From Chitinophagales bacterium (GTDB lineage: Bacteria; Bacteroidota; Bacteroidia; Chitinophagales; Chitinophagaceae), in the NCBI GenBank assembly GCA_038205215.1, contig JBBRCB010000009.1, positions 31,161 to 95,160 on the forward strand: DNA of 64,000 bases, read 5' to 3'. Positions 49,654-57,848 of the stretch are shown here, piece by piece; within the stretch, counting starts at the first letter, position 1, and each line of letters begins with the position of its first letter. A program made the translations under genes and the position numbers. The notes under the pieces are model-generated. The model ran no database searches and had not been told where the DNA came from. It saw only the letters and a program-made list of their open reading frames with translations.

Positions 49654-51042
49654 TCAATGCAGGTCAACTCGTAAACCCACTCTTACACCAGCTGTATTAT
49701 ATTTTTGTGTCAACGTTAATTTTTCTTTGCTCATCGGGGAAAGATTGTAGCGGAAATACGGTTCTGCCAGCACATGTACTTTTTCATTGAGCTTGTAATA
49801 AAAAGACGTACCCACTATAAAGCCTATCCCGATATTTGTTTTGAACTGGTAAGGAGAATTCGATTTTCCCGTGGTGATGCTCACCGGCCTGAAAGCAGTA
49901 TCCAATACATCACCCTTTTGCCAGCTGTATGCATTGATGATAATACCTGCATTGATATTAGCGTGTAATTTTCCATTGCCTGCTTCATAACCAATTAATA
50001 TAGGTACATCAATGGTCCTGAATTTATTGATCGTGGTTTTATACCTTGTCCCCGTGGTGATATAACTGCCGGTAGTATCACCGTTGGCGTCAATAATATA
50101 AGTGATCTGTACCAGGTTGCCTTGAACAAAGCTGAATTTTTCATTGATCTGGCTGTAGTTTATACCGGTTCTAATACTCACGCCATTATTAAAAACTTTA
50201 GTGTAACGTATGCCTGTACTAAAGGCAGAAGAAAACTTAGTACTTTCTTTTCTTTTTTGGAGGTAAGCAGAATTACCGGTATCGCTAAGGTTGCGGAAGG
50301 CCATATCAGGGCCACCATATACTTCTATATAAGTCTTATTACCTGCGGCATCTTTTTCAAATGTGGGACAGCCGGGCAGGTATATGTTGGGGAATGTTCT
50401 CTTATTTAAAACTGATTCCTTTTTATCCGCTTTTATTTTTTGAATACCGTTAAAGAATAATCTTTGTAAATAATAATCCTCCGTAGTTGGAGCCCCGGGA
50501 AAGTCTTCCGCAATATCATAATCATTATTGGCGCCTGTACCGTTTTTATTTTTCTTACCGGGATTTGCAGTGATATCATTTTCTGTTGTTGTTGCAAGGG
50601 GGCGGTAAGTTTTTATAGCAGAAGATGGGCCTGAATTGAATATTGTATAATCATTGCCTTTATTGTTTGCAATTGCAGTGCTGGTATTATTTAATGGCGC
50701 AGCGGCTTCAGTGCCGGTAGTATTTATTTTTTCGGTATTGGTAGTATTATCTGCAGGCTGTATATTTCCTGTTCCCGCTGCAGCACCCGGTTTGCTGTTT
50801 AGGGCAATGCCATTTTCTTTGTTAGCAGCAGGGTCTTTTAATAGCAGGTAAGTACCACCGCCGGCAGCAAGCAGTAATGCAGACAACAATAAAATAGTAC
50901 GGCCATTAAAAAAGGTCACCCAAAAACCTGCGGGTTTTCTTTTTTCTCTTTCCTTAACTATATTTTCCCAGATGCGTGGATGCACATCGGGGCTGTAGTT
51001 TTGGAACTGCTCTTTTATATTATCATCAAATCTATTGCTCAT
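49654..51042 (-). CDS. Putative anti-sigma factor: cytoplasmic N-terminus + 1 TM + low-complexity linker + C-terminal OMP-beta-barrel-like domain
   Basis: 462 aa. TM ILLLSALLLAAGGGTYLLL. The start overlaps the sigma-factor stop by 4 nt (ATGA). Confidence 0.65.
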   Translation of the reverse strand: MSNRFDDNIKEQFQNYSPDVHPRIWENIVKEREKRKPAGFWVTFFNGRTILLLSALLLAAGGGTYLLLKDPAANKENGIALNSKPGAAAGTGNIQPADNTTNTEKINTTGTEAAAPLNNTSTAIANNKGNDYTIFNSGPSSAIKTYRPLATTTENDITANPGKKNKNGTGANNDYDIAEDFPGAPTTEDYYLQRLFFNGIQKIKADKKESVLNKRTFPNIYLPGCPTFEKDAAGNKTYIEVYGGPDMAFRNLSDTGNSAYLQKRKESTKFSSAFSTGIRYTKVFNNGVSIRTGINYSQINEKFSFVQGNLVQITYIIDANGDTTGSYITTGTRYKTTINKFRTIDVPILIGYEAGNGKLHANINAGIIINAYSWQKGDVLDTAFRPVSITTGKSNSPYQFKTNIGIGFIVGTSFYYKLNEKVHVLAEPYFRYNLSPMSKEKLTLTQKYNTAGVRVGLRVDLH

Positions 51043-51581
51043 ACCGCAATCTTTTGTAGTTGTAAAATTTGTTTCTGCAACATCGTCCTGGCTTTTACCA
51101 GCTGGCTTCGGCTGGTGCCCGGTTGTATGTGCAGCATTGCTGCTATCTCTTCGTGCTGAAACCCTTCTATCACGTACAGGTTAAAGATCAGCCTGTAACC
51201 ATCCGGTAAATTATTGATCAGCTCCAGGATCTCTTTTTGTGTGAGGTGGGCATAAGCCGAAGGTTCGGCACCATCCTCATCCCTGTCTTTTACTTCATAT
51301 CCTACTACTTCTTTATCATACCGGCGTAAAGCGTATTTCTTCAGCGCTGTATTTACCATGATCCTTCTTATCCATCCTTCAAAAGAACCTTCAAATTTAA
51401 ACTGGTGTATCTTGTCGAAGATCTTAATAAAAGCGTCCTGTAAAATATCCTCCGCATCAGCTGCATTACGGGCATAGCGGTTACAAACACCCAGCATACG
51501 GCTGGCGTAACGGTTAAAAACCTCCTTTTGACAGGCGGCCTCCTCCCTAATACATCCTCGTATGAGCTCCTCTTCCGTCAA
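51039..51581 (-). CDS. ECF-type RNA polymerase sigma-70 factor
   Basis: 180 aa. Region 2 (DAEDILQDAFIKIF) and region 4 (LPDGYRLIFNLYVIEGFQHEEIAAML). Confidence 0.92.
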   Translation of the reverse strand: MTEEELIRGCIREEAACQKEVFNRYASRMLGVCNRYARNAADAEDILQDAFIKIFDKIHQFKFEGSFEGWIRRIMVNTALKKYALRRYDKEVVGYEVKDRDEDGAEPSAYAHLTQKEILELINNLPDGYRLIFNLYVIEGFQHEEIAAMLHIQPGTSRSQLVKARTMLQKQILQLQKIAV

Positions 51582-51753
51582 ATTTTTATACAGGTTTACA
51601 CGGGGTATTTGTTATTAGATACCCGAATAGTTCATTACGCTGCCCAAAGGCTTTTATTGTTCATAAGGTACAAAAAAAGCCTGTTTTTTTTGTTTTTCGG
51701 TACCAAATCGTATAATTTGAAGCTGTTATCCCTTTTTAAGTCATCATCCCACT

Positions 51754-52251
51754 ATGTTATCAGTAACGCAAATACAGCAATTACTCGCAGAGCATGAGCG
51801 CTTACAGTTACAGCTCGAAGAATTAAATTATATCCTGTTACTTAGGGAACAGGAGCTGGCTTCAATAAAACAAAATGCTGCTGAGGAGGGGGAATTAAGG
51901 AGCATGCTTGATCTGCAGCTGGATGAACTGCACGTTATGCAAAACCGTATCGGTAAGCAGCAGCAACAGGCAGCCGGGGCAGAAGAAAGAGAATTTGAAT
52001 TACAGCAGGAACTTACGGAGTATGCAAGATTACAGCAACAATACACCGAACTTTTTCAGCAATACACTTACACTGCTACACAGCTGGAAGATATACAGGC
52101 AGAACTCGCTAAAGTTAAAAAACGGAATGCTATGCTGCAGCAAATTGCCGTAAGGATCGGCGAAATGGAAAGCGATATGGAAATTATGCGTCTTGAAAGA
52201 GACGAGTTAAAGGCTAAACTTGCCGAATTTGAAAAACTGCAAACCGGTTAA
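51754..52251 (+). CDS. Gln/Glu-rich coiled-coil protein, function unknown
   Basis: 165 aa. Heptad-like Q/E/L composition throughout. Divergent from the sigma factor gene. Confidence 0.55.
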   Translation: MLSVTQIQQLLAEHERLQLQLEELNYILLLREQELASIKQNAAEEGELRSMLDLQLDELHVMQNRIGKQQQQAAGAEEREFELQQELTEYARLQQQYTELFQQYTYTATQLEDIQAELAKVKKRNAMLQQIAVRIGEMESDMEIMRLERDELKAKLAEFEKLQTG

Positions 52252-52371
52252 AACGGCTTTGATTAACAGAGCGGTTACGCACTATGTTTACTTACTGTTT
52301 ATAAATAAGCAAGCCGTTGCTTGCAAACCTGCAATCCTTTTTTTACATTACATACTTAAAACTTAAAGCTT

Positions 52372-52959
52372 ATGAACCTAGTAGAACGTGTAAAAAACAT
52401 TTTGATCACTCCTAAAACGGAGTGGGAAGTGATTAATGGCGAAACGGCAACGCCTCAATCGCTGCTGATGGGATATATATTCCCTCTTGCTATTGTAGCC
52501 GCTATAGGCCCTATATTGACCGGCTTATTGTTTGCGGGGCTATTTGGGTTTAAATATTTCATTGTTTCGGCAATTATCGCCTTCATTTCCCAGGTGGTAG
52601 CATTTTATATAAGCGCTATTATTGTTGATATGCTGGCCCCAAGTTTTGGTTCCGAAAAGAACCTCGGTAAATCCGCCCAGTTGGTGGCCTATTCTGCAAC
52701 GCCTGGTTATATCGGGGCATTATTATCTTTTATCCCGATATTGGGGTTACTGATTTCAATAGGTGCCTGGGTTTACGGTGTGTACCTGATGTATTTAGGC
52801 ATTGGCCCCATAAAAAAAACACCTGAAGACAAAAAAGTGGTGTACATGCTGGTGGCTTACGTAATCTGGATAGCCATCTATTTTATTTTAGTGGCCATCC
52901 TGGGAGCGATCCTGTTCAGCATACTGGGCCTGGGTATATTAAGTACCGTGCGCTATTAA
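52372..52959 (+). CDS. Yip1-family (DUF1282-like) membrane protein
   Basis: 195 aa. N-terminal ILITPKTEWEVI motif followed by 5 TM helices. Confidence 0.75.
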   Translation: MNLVERVKNILITPKTEWEVINGETATPQSLLMGYIFPLAIVAAIGPILTGLLFAGLFGFKYFIVSAIIAFISQVVAFYISAIIVDMLAPSFGSEKNLGKSAQLVAYSATPGYIGALLSFIPILGLLISIGAWVYGVYLMYLGIGPIKKTPEDKKVVYMLVAYVIWIAIYFILVAILGAILFSILGLGILSTVRY

Positions 52960-53052
52960 AAATAAAAAAGAATATAGTATTTAGCATCCGTAATCAACGG
53001 ATGCTTTTTTATTTGATTTAATTAGTGGATTTTTACAGTTGAAAATAGTATC

Positions 53053-53694
53053 ATGAAAAATATATCCGACATACGCAAAGAATACAAGTTGCAAACCCTT
53101 TTGGAAGAAGGCGTAGCCGCAGATGCAGTATCACAATTTGACAGATGGTGGGACGACGCTGTTAAAAGCGAACTGGAAGAAGTAAATGCCATGACTCTAG
53201 CTACCGCTTCGGCAAATGGAATTCCTGATGCAAGGATTGTTTTACTAAAGGGCTATGATAAAAATGGTTTTGTCTTCTTTACCAACTACCAAAGTCATAA
53301 GGGAAAAGAACTGGACCAAAATCCGCATGCCTGCCTGGTATTTTTTTGGGCCGCTTTGGAAAGACAGGTAAGGATATCGGGTAAAGTGAAAAAAATAAGT
53401 GCAGCAGAAAGTGACGCGTATTTTTTTTCAAGGCCTCCAGGCAGCCGAACAGGGGCATGGGCATCACCCCAAAGCGATGTCATTATCAACAGGGAAGTGA
53501 TTGAAGACAACCTGAAAAATATTGAAGCGCAATTCAGCGATGGCAATATTCCCCGCCCGCCACATTGGGGAGGATATCTTGTGCAACCGGCGCAGGTAGA
53601 ATTTTGGCAGGGCCGCCCCAATCGCTTACACGACAGGATACGGTATAGTTTGAAGGAGGGTGGTATATGGAAGATTGAACGGTTGGCTCCTTGA
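53053..53694 (+). CDS. pdxH: Pyridoxamine 5'-phosphate oxidase
   Basis: 213 aa. RIVLLKGYD..GFVFFTNY.S.KG, HWGGY, EFWQGRPNRLHDR. Confidence 0.95.
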   Translation: MKNISDIRKEYKLQTLLEEGVAADAVSQFDRWWDDAVKSELEEVNAMTLATASANGIPDARIVLLKGYDKNGFVFFTNYQSHKGKELDQNPHACLVFFWAALERQVRISGKVKKISAAESDAYFFSRPPGSRTGAWASPQSDVIINREVIEDNLKNIEAQFSDGNIPRPPHWGGYLVQPAQVEFWQGRPNRLHDRIRYSLKEGGIWKIERLAP

Positions 53695-53767
53695 CAAAAG
53701 GTAAAGCAAAAAAGGTATATAAAGCAACTGATATAATTGAACACGATGTCGTTATCCAACTTTATTT

Positions 53768-53790
53768 ACTTTATATACCCTATATACTTT
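53768..53790. repeat. 23-mer ACTTTATATACCCTATATACTTT (copy 2, reverse complement of 47666-47688)
   Basis: Exact match read directly. Begins 3 nt downstream of the THX stop. A partner GGTATATAAAG at 53714-53724 forms an 11-nt inverted repeat with 53769-53779. Confidence 0.7.
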
Positions 53791-53792
53791 CG

Positions 53793-53906
53793 TTACGCCT
53801 TCTTCTTCGGCGCAACATTTTTCTTTGCAGGTTTTGCCGGCCTTGTTTTACCAAAAGAGCCTTTGGTGATTTTTCCTTTTTTTGTTTTTATATCTCCACG
53901 TCCCAT
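53793..53906 (-). CDS. 30S ribosomal protein THX (37 aa; below the ORF-track size cutoff)
   Basis: Hand translation gives MGRGDIKTKKGKITKGSFGKTRPAKPAKKNVAPKKKA*. This matches the THX signature MGKGDxxTxxGKIxxGxxGKxRP. Confidence 0.8.
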   Translation of the reverse strand: MGRGDIKTKKGKITKGSFGKTRPAKPAKKNVAPKKKA

Positions 53907-54008
53907 AATTGATCAATTTTTATTTTTAAATAATTAGCAAGTTAATCTTTATAAACAAAAAAGCAAGGAGCAAAGGCGCCTTGCTTTTTTAATGTGTTTA
54001 GCACAACA

Positions 54009-54278
54009 TTACATTTTAGCAGATAATTCCTTACCGGCTTTAAATTTAGCAACCTTCTTGGCTTTAATTTTAATAACAGCACCAGTTTGAGGGTTACGGC
54101 CATTGCGGGCAGCTCTCTTTGATACAGAAAAAGTACCAAATCCTACTAAAGTAACTTTACCACCTTTTTTTAAAGTAACCGTTACTGCTTCTACAAAAGA
54201 ATCTAAAGCCGCGTTTGCCTGTGTTTTTGTAACACCTGCATCATCAGCCAATTTTGAAATTAATTCAGCTTTGTTCAT
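54009..54278 (-). CDS. HU-family DNA-binding protein
   Basis: 89 aa. MNKAELISKLA...GFGTFSVSKRAARNGRNPQTG. Confidence 0.95.
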   Translation of the reverse strand: MNKAELISKLADDAGVTKTQANAALDSFVEAVTVTLKKGGKVTLVGFGTFSVSKRAARNGRNPQTGAVIKIKAKKVAKFKAGKELSAKM

Positions 54279-54404
54279 GATATTATTTTTTGAATTTTAT
54301 TGAGCGACAAATATAAAAGGTTTTTGATTGCAACAAAATTTTTTCTTCATAAATTTTTTTACTACAAATGGCTGTAAACCGCAAGGAATAAGGATTTGGA
54401 GGTT

Positions 54405-54425
54405 TTTTTAATTTTTAATTTTTAA
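54405..54425. repeat. (TTTTTAA)x3 tandem heptamer
   Basis: Read directly in the DUF4286-HU spacer. Confidence 0.6.
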
Positions 54426-54570
54426 TTGAAAAGCAATCCTGAAAAGCTGAAACCCTTAACCAGCAAGCGTTGTAGCTTTAGTTGTATTACAACCCTTTAC
54501 CAATAAGGCTTGCAGCGGAATATACAAACGATTTTTATTTGCCCTCATTAAAAAAAATTCTTTTGCACAT

Positions 54571-54876
54571 TTAGTGAATAACCTGCATTAAAGACCGGAA
54601 TGCAATAAATTGATCGCCCCATTTGGCAAATGCTTTTTGACGCATGCCTGCAGCATGTTTTTCTGTATAACGGTTGTACTGCGACTTGCTTTCTGCAAAA
54701 TACTGTACCACGTAAGTGGGCCCTTCGTTATCATCGGTTTCCAACAGCTGTAACACGGTAGCGTGGGTAAAACAACCGGTGTTAACGATACCGGGAATAT
54801 GTTCTTCCTGTATCCATTGCAGCCAGCTTTGGTTAATGGCATTGGTAACTTTGGTAGTAACATTATATACGATCAT
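54571..54876 (-). CDS. DUF4286-family protein
   Basis: Start at MIVYNVTTKV, as is typical for the family. The track start at 54924 is a TTG. Confidence 0.75.
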   Translation of the reverse strand: MIVYNVTTKVTNAINQSWLQWIQEEHIPGIVNTGCFTHATVLQLLETDDNEGPTYVVQYFAESKSQYNRYTEKHAAGMRQKAFAKWGDQFIAFRSLMQVIH

Positions 54877-55024
54877 GTTCTTTTCTTTTATCTCATTCGC
54901 CTGAGATTTTTTTGTGAGCAGCAATAAAATAAATAATACTGCAATGATGGAGATCCAAAATATCCAGCGGTTATTTTTAGATGGTAGCGCTACAGTAATT
55001 TTTTTTCATCAAAAAACTGTTTAA

Positions 55025-55801
55025 TTAAATACCAATTTCAACATAGATAGGACAGTGGTCGCTATGTTTTACATCATGAAAGATATCAGCATCTTTTAAT
55101 AGTTTTTTCAGGGGTTCGGTAACAGTGATATAATCTATGCGCCATCCCTTATTATTTAAACGTACTGTTGGGAAGCGCTGGCTCCACCAGCTATAACGGT
55201 GCGGCTCTTTATGAAATTCGCGGAAACTGTCTATCCATCCACTTGCTAAAAATTTAGTGAGCCATGCTCTTTCCTGTGGTAAAAAACCAGAGGAGTTCTT
55301 GTTTCCTTTTGGGTCATGGATATCAATTTCATTGTGGGCAATATTGTAATCGCCTACCAAAACTATTTTAGGGAATTTCTTTTTTAATTTATTGAGGTAG
55401 TTATGAAATTCATCCAGCCATACATATTTAAAAGCCTGCCGTTCATCTCCACTGGTACCACTGGGAAAATAAGCGTTGATCAGGCGTATATCCCCAAAGT
55501 CTAGCTGTATCACCCTGCCTTCATTATCGCTACTGGCGATACCGCAGCCGATACAAATACTGTCAGGCTTTATTTTGGTAAACACTGCCACACCACTGTA
55601 TCCTTTTTTTTGTGCACTAAACCAATGGTGATGAAAGCCGAGCGCTTCCAGTTGTTTTACATCTACATCGTCTTTAGTAGCTTTGGTTTCCTGTAAGCAA
55701 ATGATATCGGCAGGATTGGTTTTAAGCCAGTCGATAAAACCTTTTTTTATAGCGGCACGTATGCCGTTAACATTGTAAGAGATAATACGAAGTGTACCCA
55801 T
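55025..55801 (-). CDS. xth: Exodeoxyribonuclease III
   Basis: 258 aa. SYNVNGIRA, LQETK, GDYNIAH, SDHCPI. Confidence 0.95.
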   Translation of the reverse strand: MGTLRIISYNVNGIRAAIKKGFIDWLKTNPADIICLQETKATKDDVDVKQLEALGFHHHWFSAQKKGYSGVAVFTKIKPDSICIGCGIASSDNEGRVIQLDFGDIRLINAYFPSGTSGDERQAFKYVWLDEFHNYLNKLKKKFPKIVLVGDYNIAHNEIDIHDPKGNKNSSGFLPQERAWLTKFLASGWIDSFREFHKEPHRYSWWSQRFPTVRLNNKGWRIDYITVTEPLKKLLKDADIFHDVKHSDHCPIYVEIGI

Positions 55802-55843
55802 TTTATTGTTTATTTTGCCGCTGCAATTTACTTATTATATTTT

Positions 55844-56866
55844 ATGCAAAACAGCAGGGCGTTTATTTTATCTTTTGAAAAGAAACTGGACAGTATCGAC
55901 CCTGCAGCTATCAGTGATAATGCTTACTGCAAAAATTATTTTTTACACCTCCTCCAATACAGGCGTTTCTACCTTACGATCTATGCCAGGCTTTTAACGC
56001 TTTTATTAAAGCACACCCCACAGCGAAAAGAAACATTGGTGATCGTGGATTATGGAGCGGGTAATGGTTTGTTGGGTTTATTTGCCAAACATTGCGGCTT
56101 TGCTGAAGTTTATATCAACGATATCAATGAAAAATTTGTAAAGGCAGCAGAACGAACGGCAGCACTATTAGGTATTAGTATCAACGGTTTTATTACAGGT
56201 GGTATAAAAGAGGTAGCTGTTGTTTTGTGCACAAAGCCACCCCATGCCATTATCAGTACTGATGTAATTGAACATATTTATGATTTGAATATTTTTTTTG
56301 AGGAACTGCAACAATTGAATCCTGCAATGACAACAGTATTTACCACGGCTGCAAATGCTGCCAATCCTTTTAAGGTTTGGCAATTAAAAAAGCTGCAGGT
56401 AAATGATGAGTATAAAGGCGGGTTACCCGGCGACTATGCATTATTTGGCGAAGCGCCTATTGAGCCATTTAAAATTTCAAGAGAAAAAATCATAACGGCG
56501 TCTTTCCCTTCTCTTACAGCTGAGGAAATAACAACGCTTGCTGTGCATACAAGAGGATTAAATAAAGAAGATATCATCATTGCCGGGCAACAATACCTAA
56601 AATATAAAACGCTTCCTCCCTTATTGCAACATCCTACCAATACCTGTGAACCTTTCAGCGGCAGCTGGACAGAACATTTATTGACAATTGGTAACTACAG
56701 GTCTATTTATGCTAAAGCCGGTTTTCATTTGCAGGTATATCCAGGTTTTTATAACCAGTACTCACCCGGAAGTAAAAGCTGGTTGATGAAAGGAGCGAAC
56801 TTCGGTGTAAAGATCTTTGGTAAAAAATTATCTCCTTTTATTTTTTTAAAAGGAACCTCTTTTTAA
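55844..56866 (+). CDS. Class I SAM-dependent methyltransferase
   Basis: 340 aa. Motif I VVDYGAGNGLLG. Confidence 0.75.
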   Translation: MQNSRAFILSFEKKLDSIDPAAISDNAYCKNYFLHLLQYRRFYLTIYARLLTLLLKHTPQRKETLVIVDYGAGNGLLGLFAKHCGFAEVYINDINEKFVKAAERTAALLGISINGFITGGIKEVAVVLCTKPPHAIISTDVIEHIYDLNIFFEELQQLNPAMTTVFTTAANAANPFKVWQLKKLQVNDEYKGGLPGDYALFGEAPIEPFKISREKIITASFPSLTAEEITTLAVHTRGLNKEDIIIAGQQYLKYKTLPPLLQHPTNTCEPFSGSWTEHLLTIGNYRSIYAKAGFHLQVYPGFYNQYSPGSKSWLMKGANFGVKIFGKKLSPFIFLKGTSF

Positions 56867-56879
56867 GACAATTTGAAAA

Positions 56880-57848
56880 ATGGAAAATTCGCATGACATA
56901 AAAAACTTCGAAAATTTTTATACCATTAAACTGCAGCCGCTGATTAGTAATTTAAAAAAGGAAGCAGGTGCTGCTGGTAATTGGGGTATTATTGCACCAT
57001 TAACTGGATTTGTCTCGATATTGATCTTTGCGGGTTACCAGCTCGGCTATATTCATGGCAATGGCGGCCTGGCGATCTTTTTATGTATCGCTGCAATAGT
57101 GGCCAGTATTTATTTTTATACCAATAAAAATAGCCGGTATACCAAAGACTTCAAAGAAACGATTATTAAAGAGATCATCAGCTTCCTTCATCCGGGGATT
57201 ACTTATAAGCCGGAGGAAGTTATTGCAAAACCGGAATACAAATACAGCGGCCTTTTCAGGAGAAAATATGATTATTATGACGGTGATGATTACATGGAAG
57301 GTGTTTATAAAACCGTGCCTTTTCGTTGTTCTGAATTACATACGCAGTATGAAAGATTGGGAGCGGGTATTATGGGAGGCAGGCTGATCACTATTTTTAA
57401 AGGCCTGTTCTTTGTTGGGGACATCAATAAAAAATTTACTGCGGGTACTTATATCTGGTCGCATGGAGAACAGCAGGTAGGCGGAACAGTTGTAGATGAG
57501 CGCTACAGGCTGATGCATGCTCCCAATATATATAAGATCAAATTGCAGCAAAGCGGCGCCGGGTTTGATGAAAATTTTTCGGTGTATAGCACCAGCCCTT
57601 CCGAAGCAGGAAATATCATCTCAACAATAATGACAGAAAGACTGGTAAAATTTAAACTCCAGCTTAAAAGAGATATCGCGGTCTCTTTTGTAGCAGGCCG
57701 ATGTTATGTAGCTATCGGCATCAGCGAGGACCTGCTGGAACCCAGCGGCTTTGATACTGATGACAGGGAAGAAGTGAAGAAATATTTTTTCACCATTCTA
57801 CTTGTGCTAAGTATCATTAACCAATTGCATTTAAATGAACTGGTTTAA
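56880..57848 (+). CDS. DUF3137-like membrane protein
   Basis: 322 aa. Two N-terminal TM helices, then a soluble domain. The family call rests on architecture and pattern memory only. Confidence 0.55.
   Translation: MENSHDIKNFENFYTIKLQPLISNLKKEAGAAGNWGIIAPLTGFVSILIFAGYQLGYIHGNGGLAIFLCIAAIVASIYFYTNKNSRYTKDFKETIIKEIISFLHPGITYKPEEVIAKPEYKYSGLFRRKYDYYDGDDYMEGVYKTVPFRCSELHTQYERLGAGIMGGRLITIFKGLFFVGDINKKFTAGTYIWSHGEQQVGGTVVDERYRLMHAPNIYKIKLQQSGAGFDENFSVYSTSPSEAGNIISTIMTERLVKFKLQLKRDIAVSFVAGRCYVAIGISEDLLEPSGFDTDDREEVKKYFFTILLVLSIINQLHLNELV

Noticed and set aside
53295-53759. 154-aa minus-strand ORF
   Set aside because: It is antisense to pdxH, which has unambiguous conserved motifs.
54925-55009. 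TM-helix-like in-frame extension upstream of the DUF4286 gene, and an A8 tract after an out-of-frame ATG (55009)
   Set aside because: DUF4286 proteins normally start at MI(V)YNVT (54876). The extension has no canonical start. The ATG frame stops after 10 codons. AT-rich DNA readily encodes I/L/F runs. A one-base slip in the A8 tract would fuse them, but I consider this coincidental without read-level evidence.
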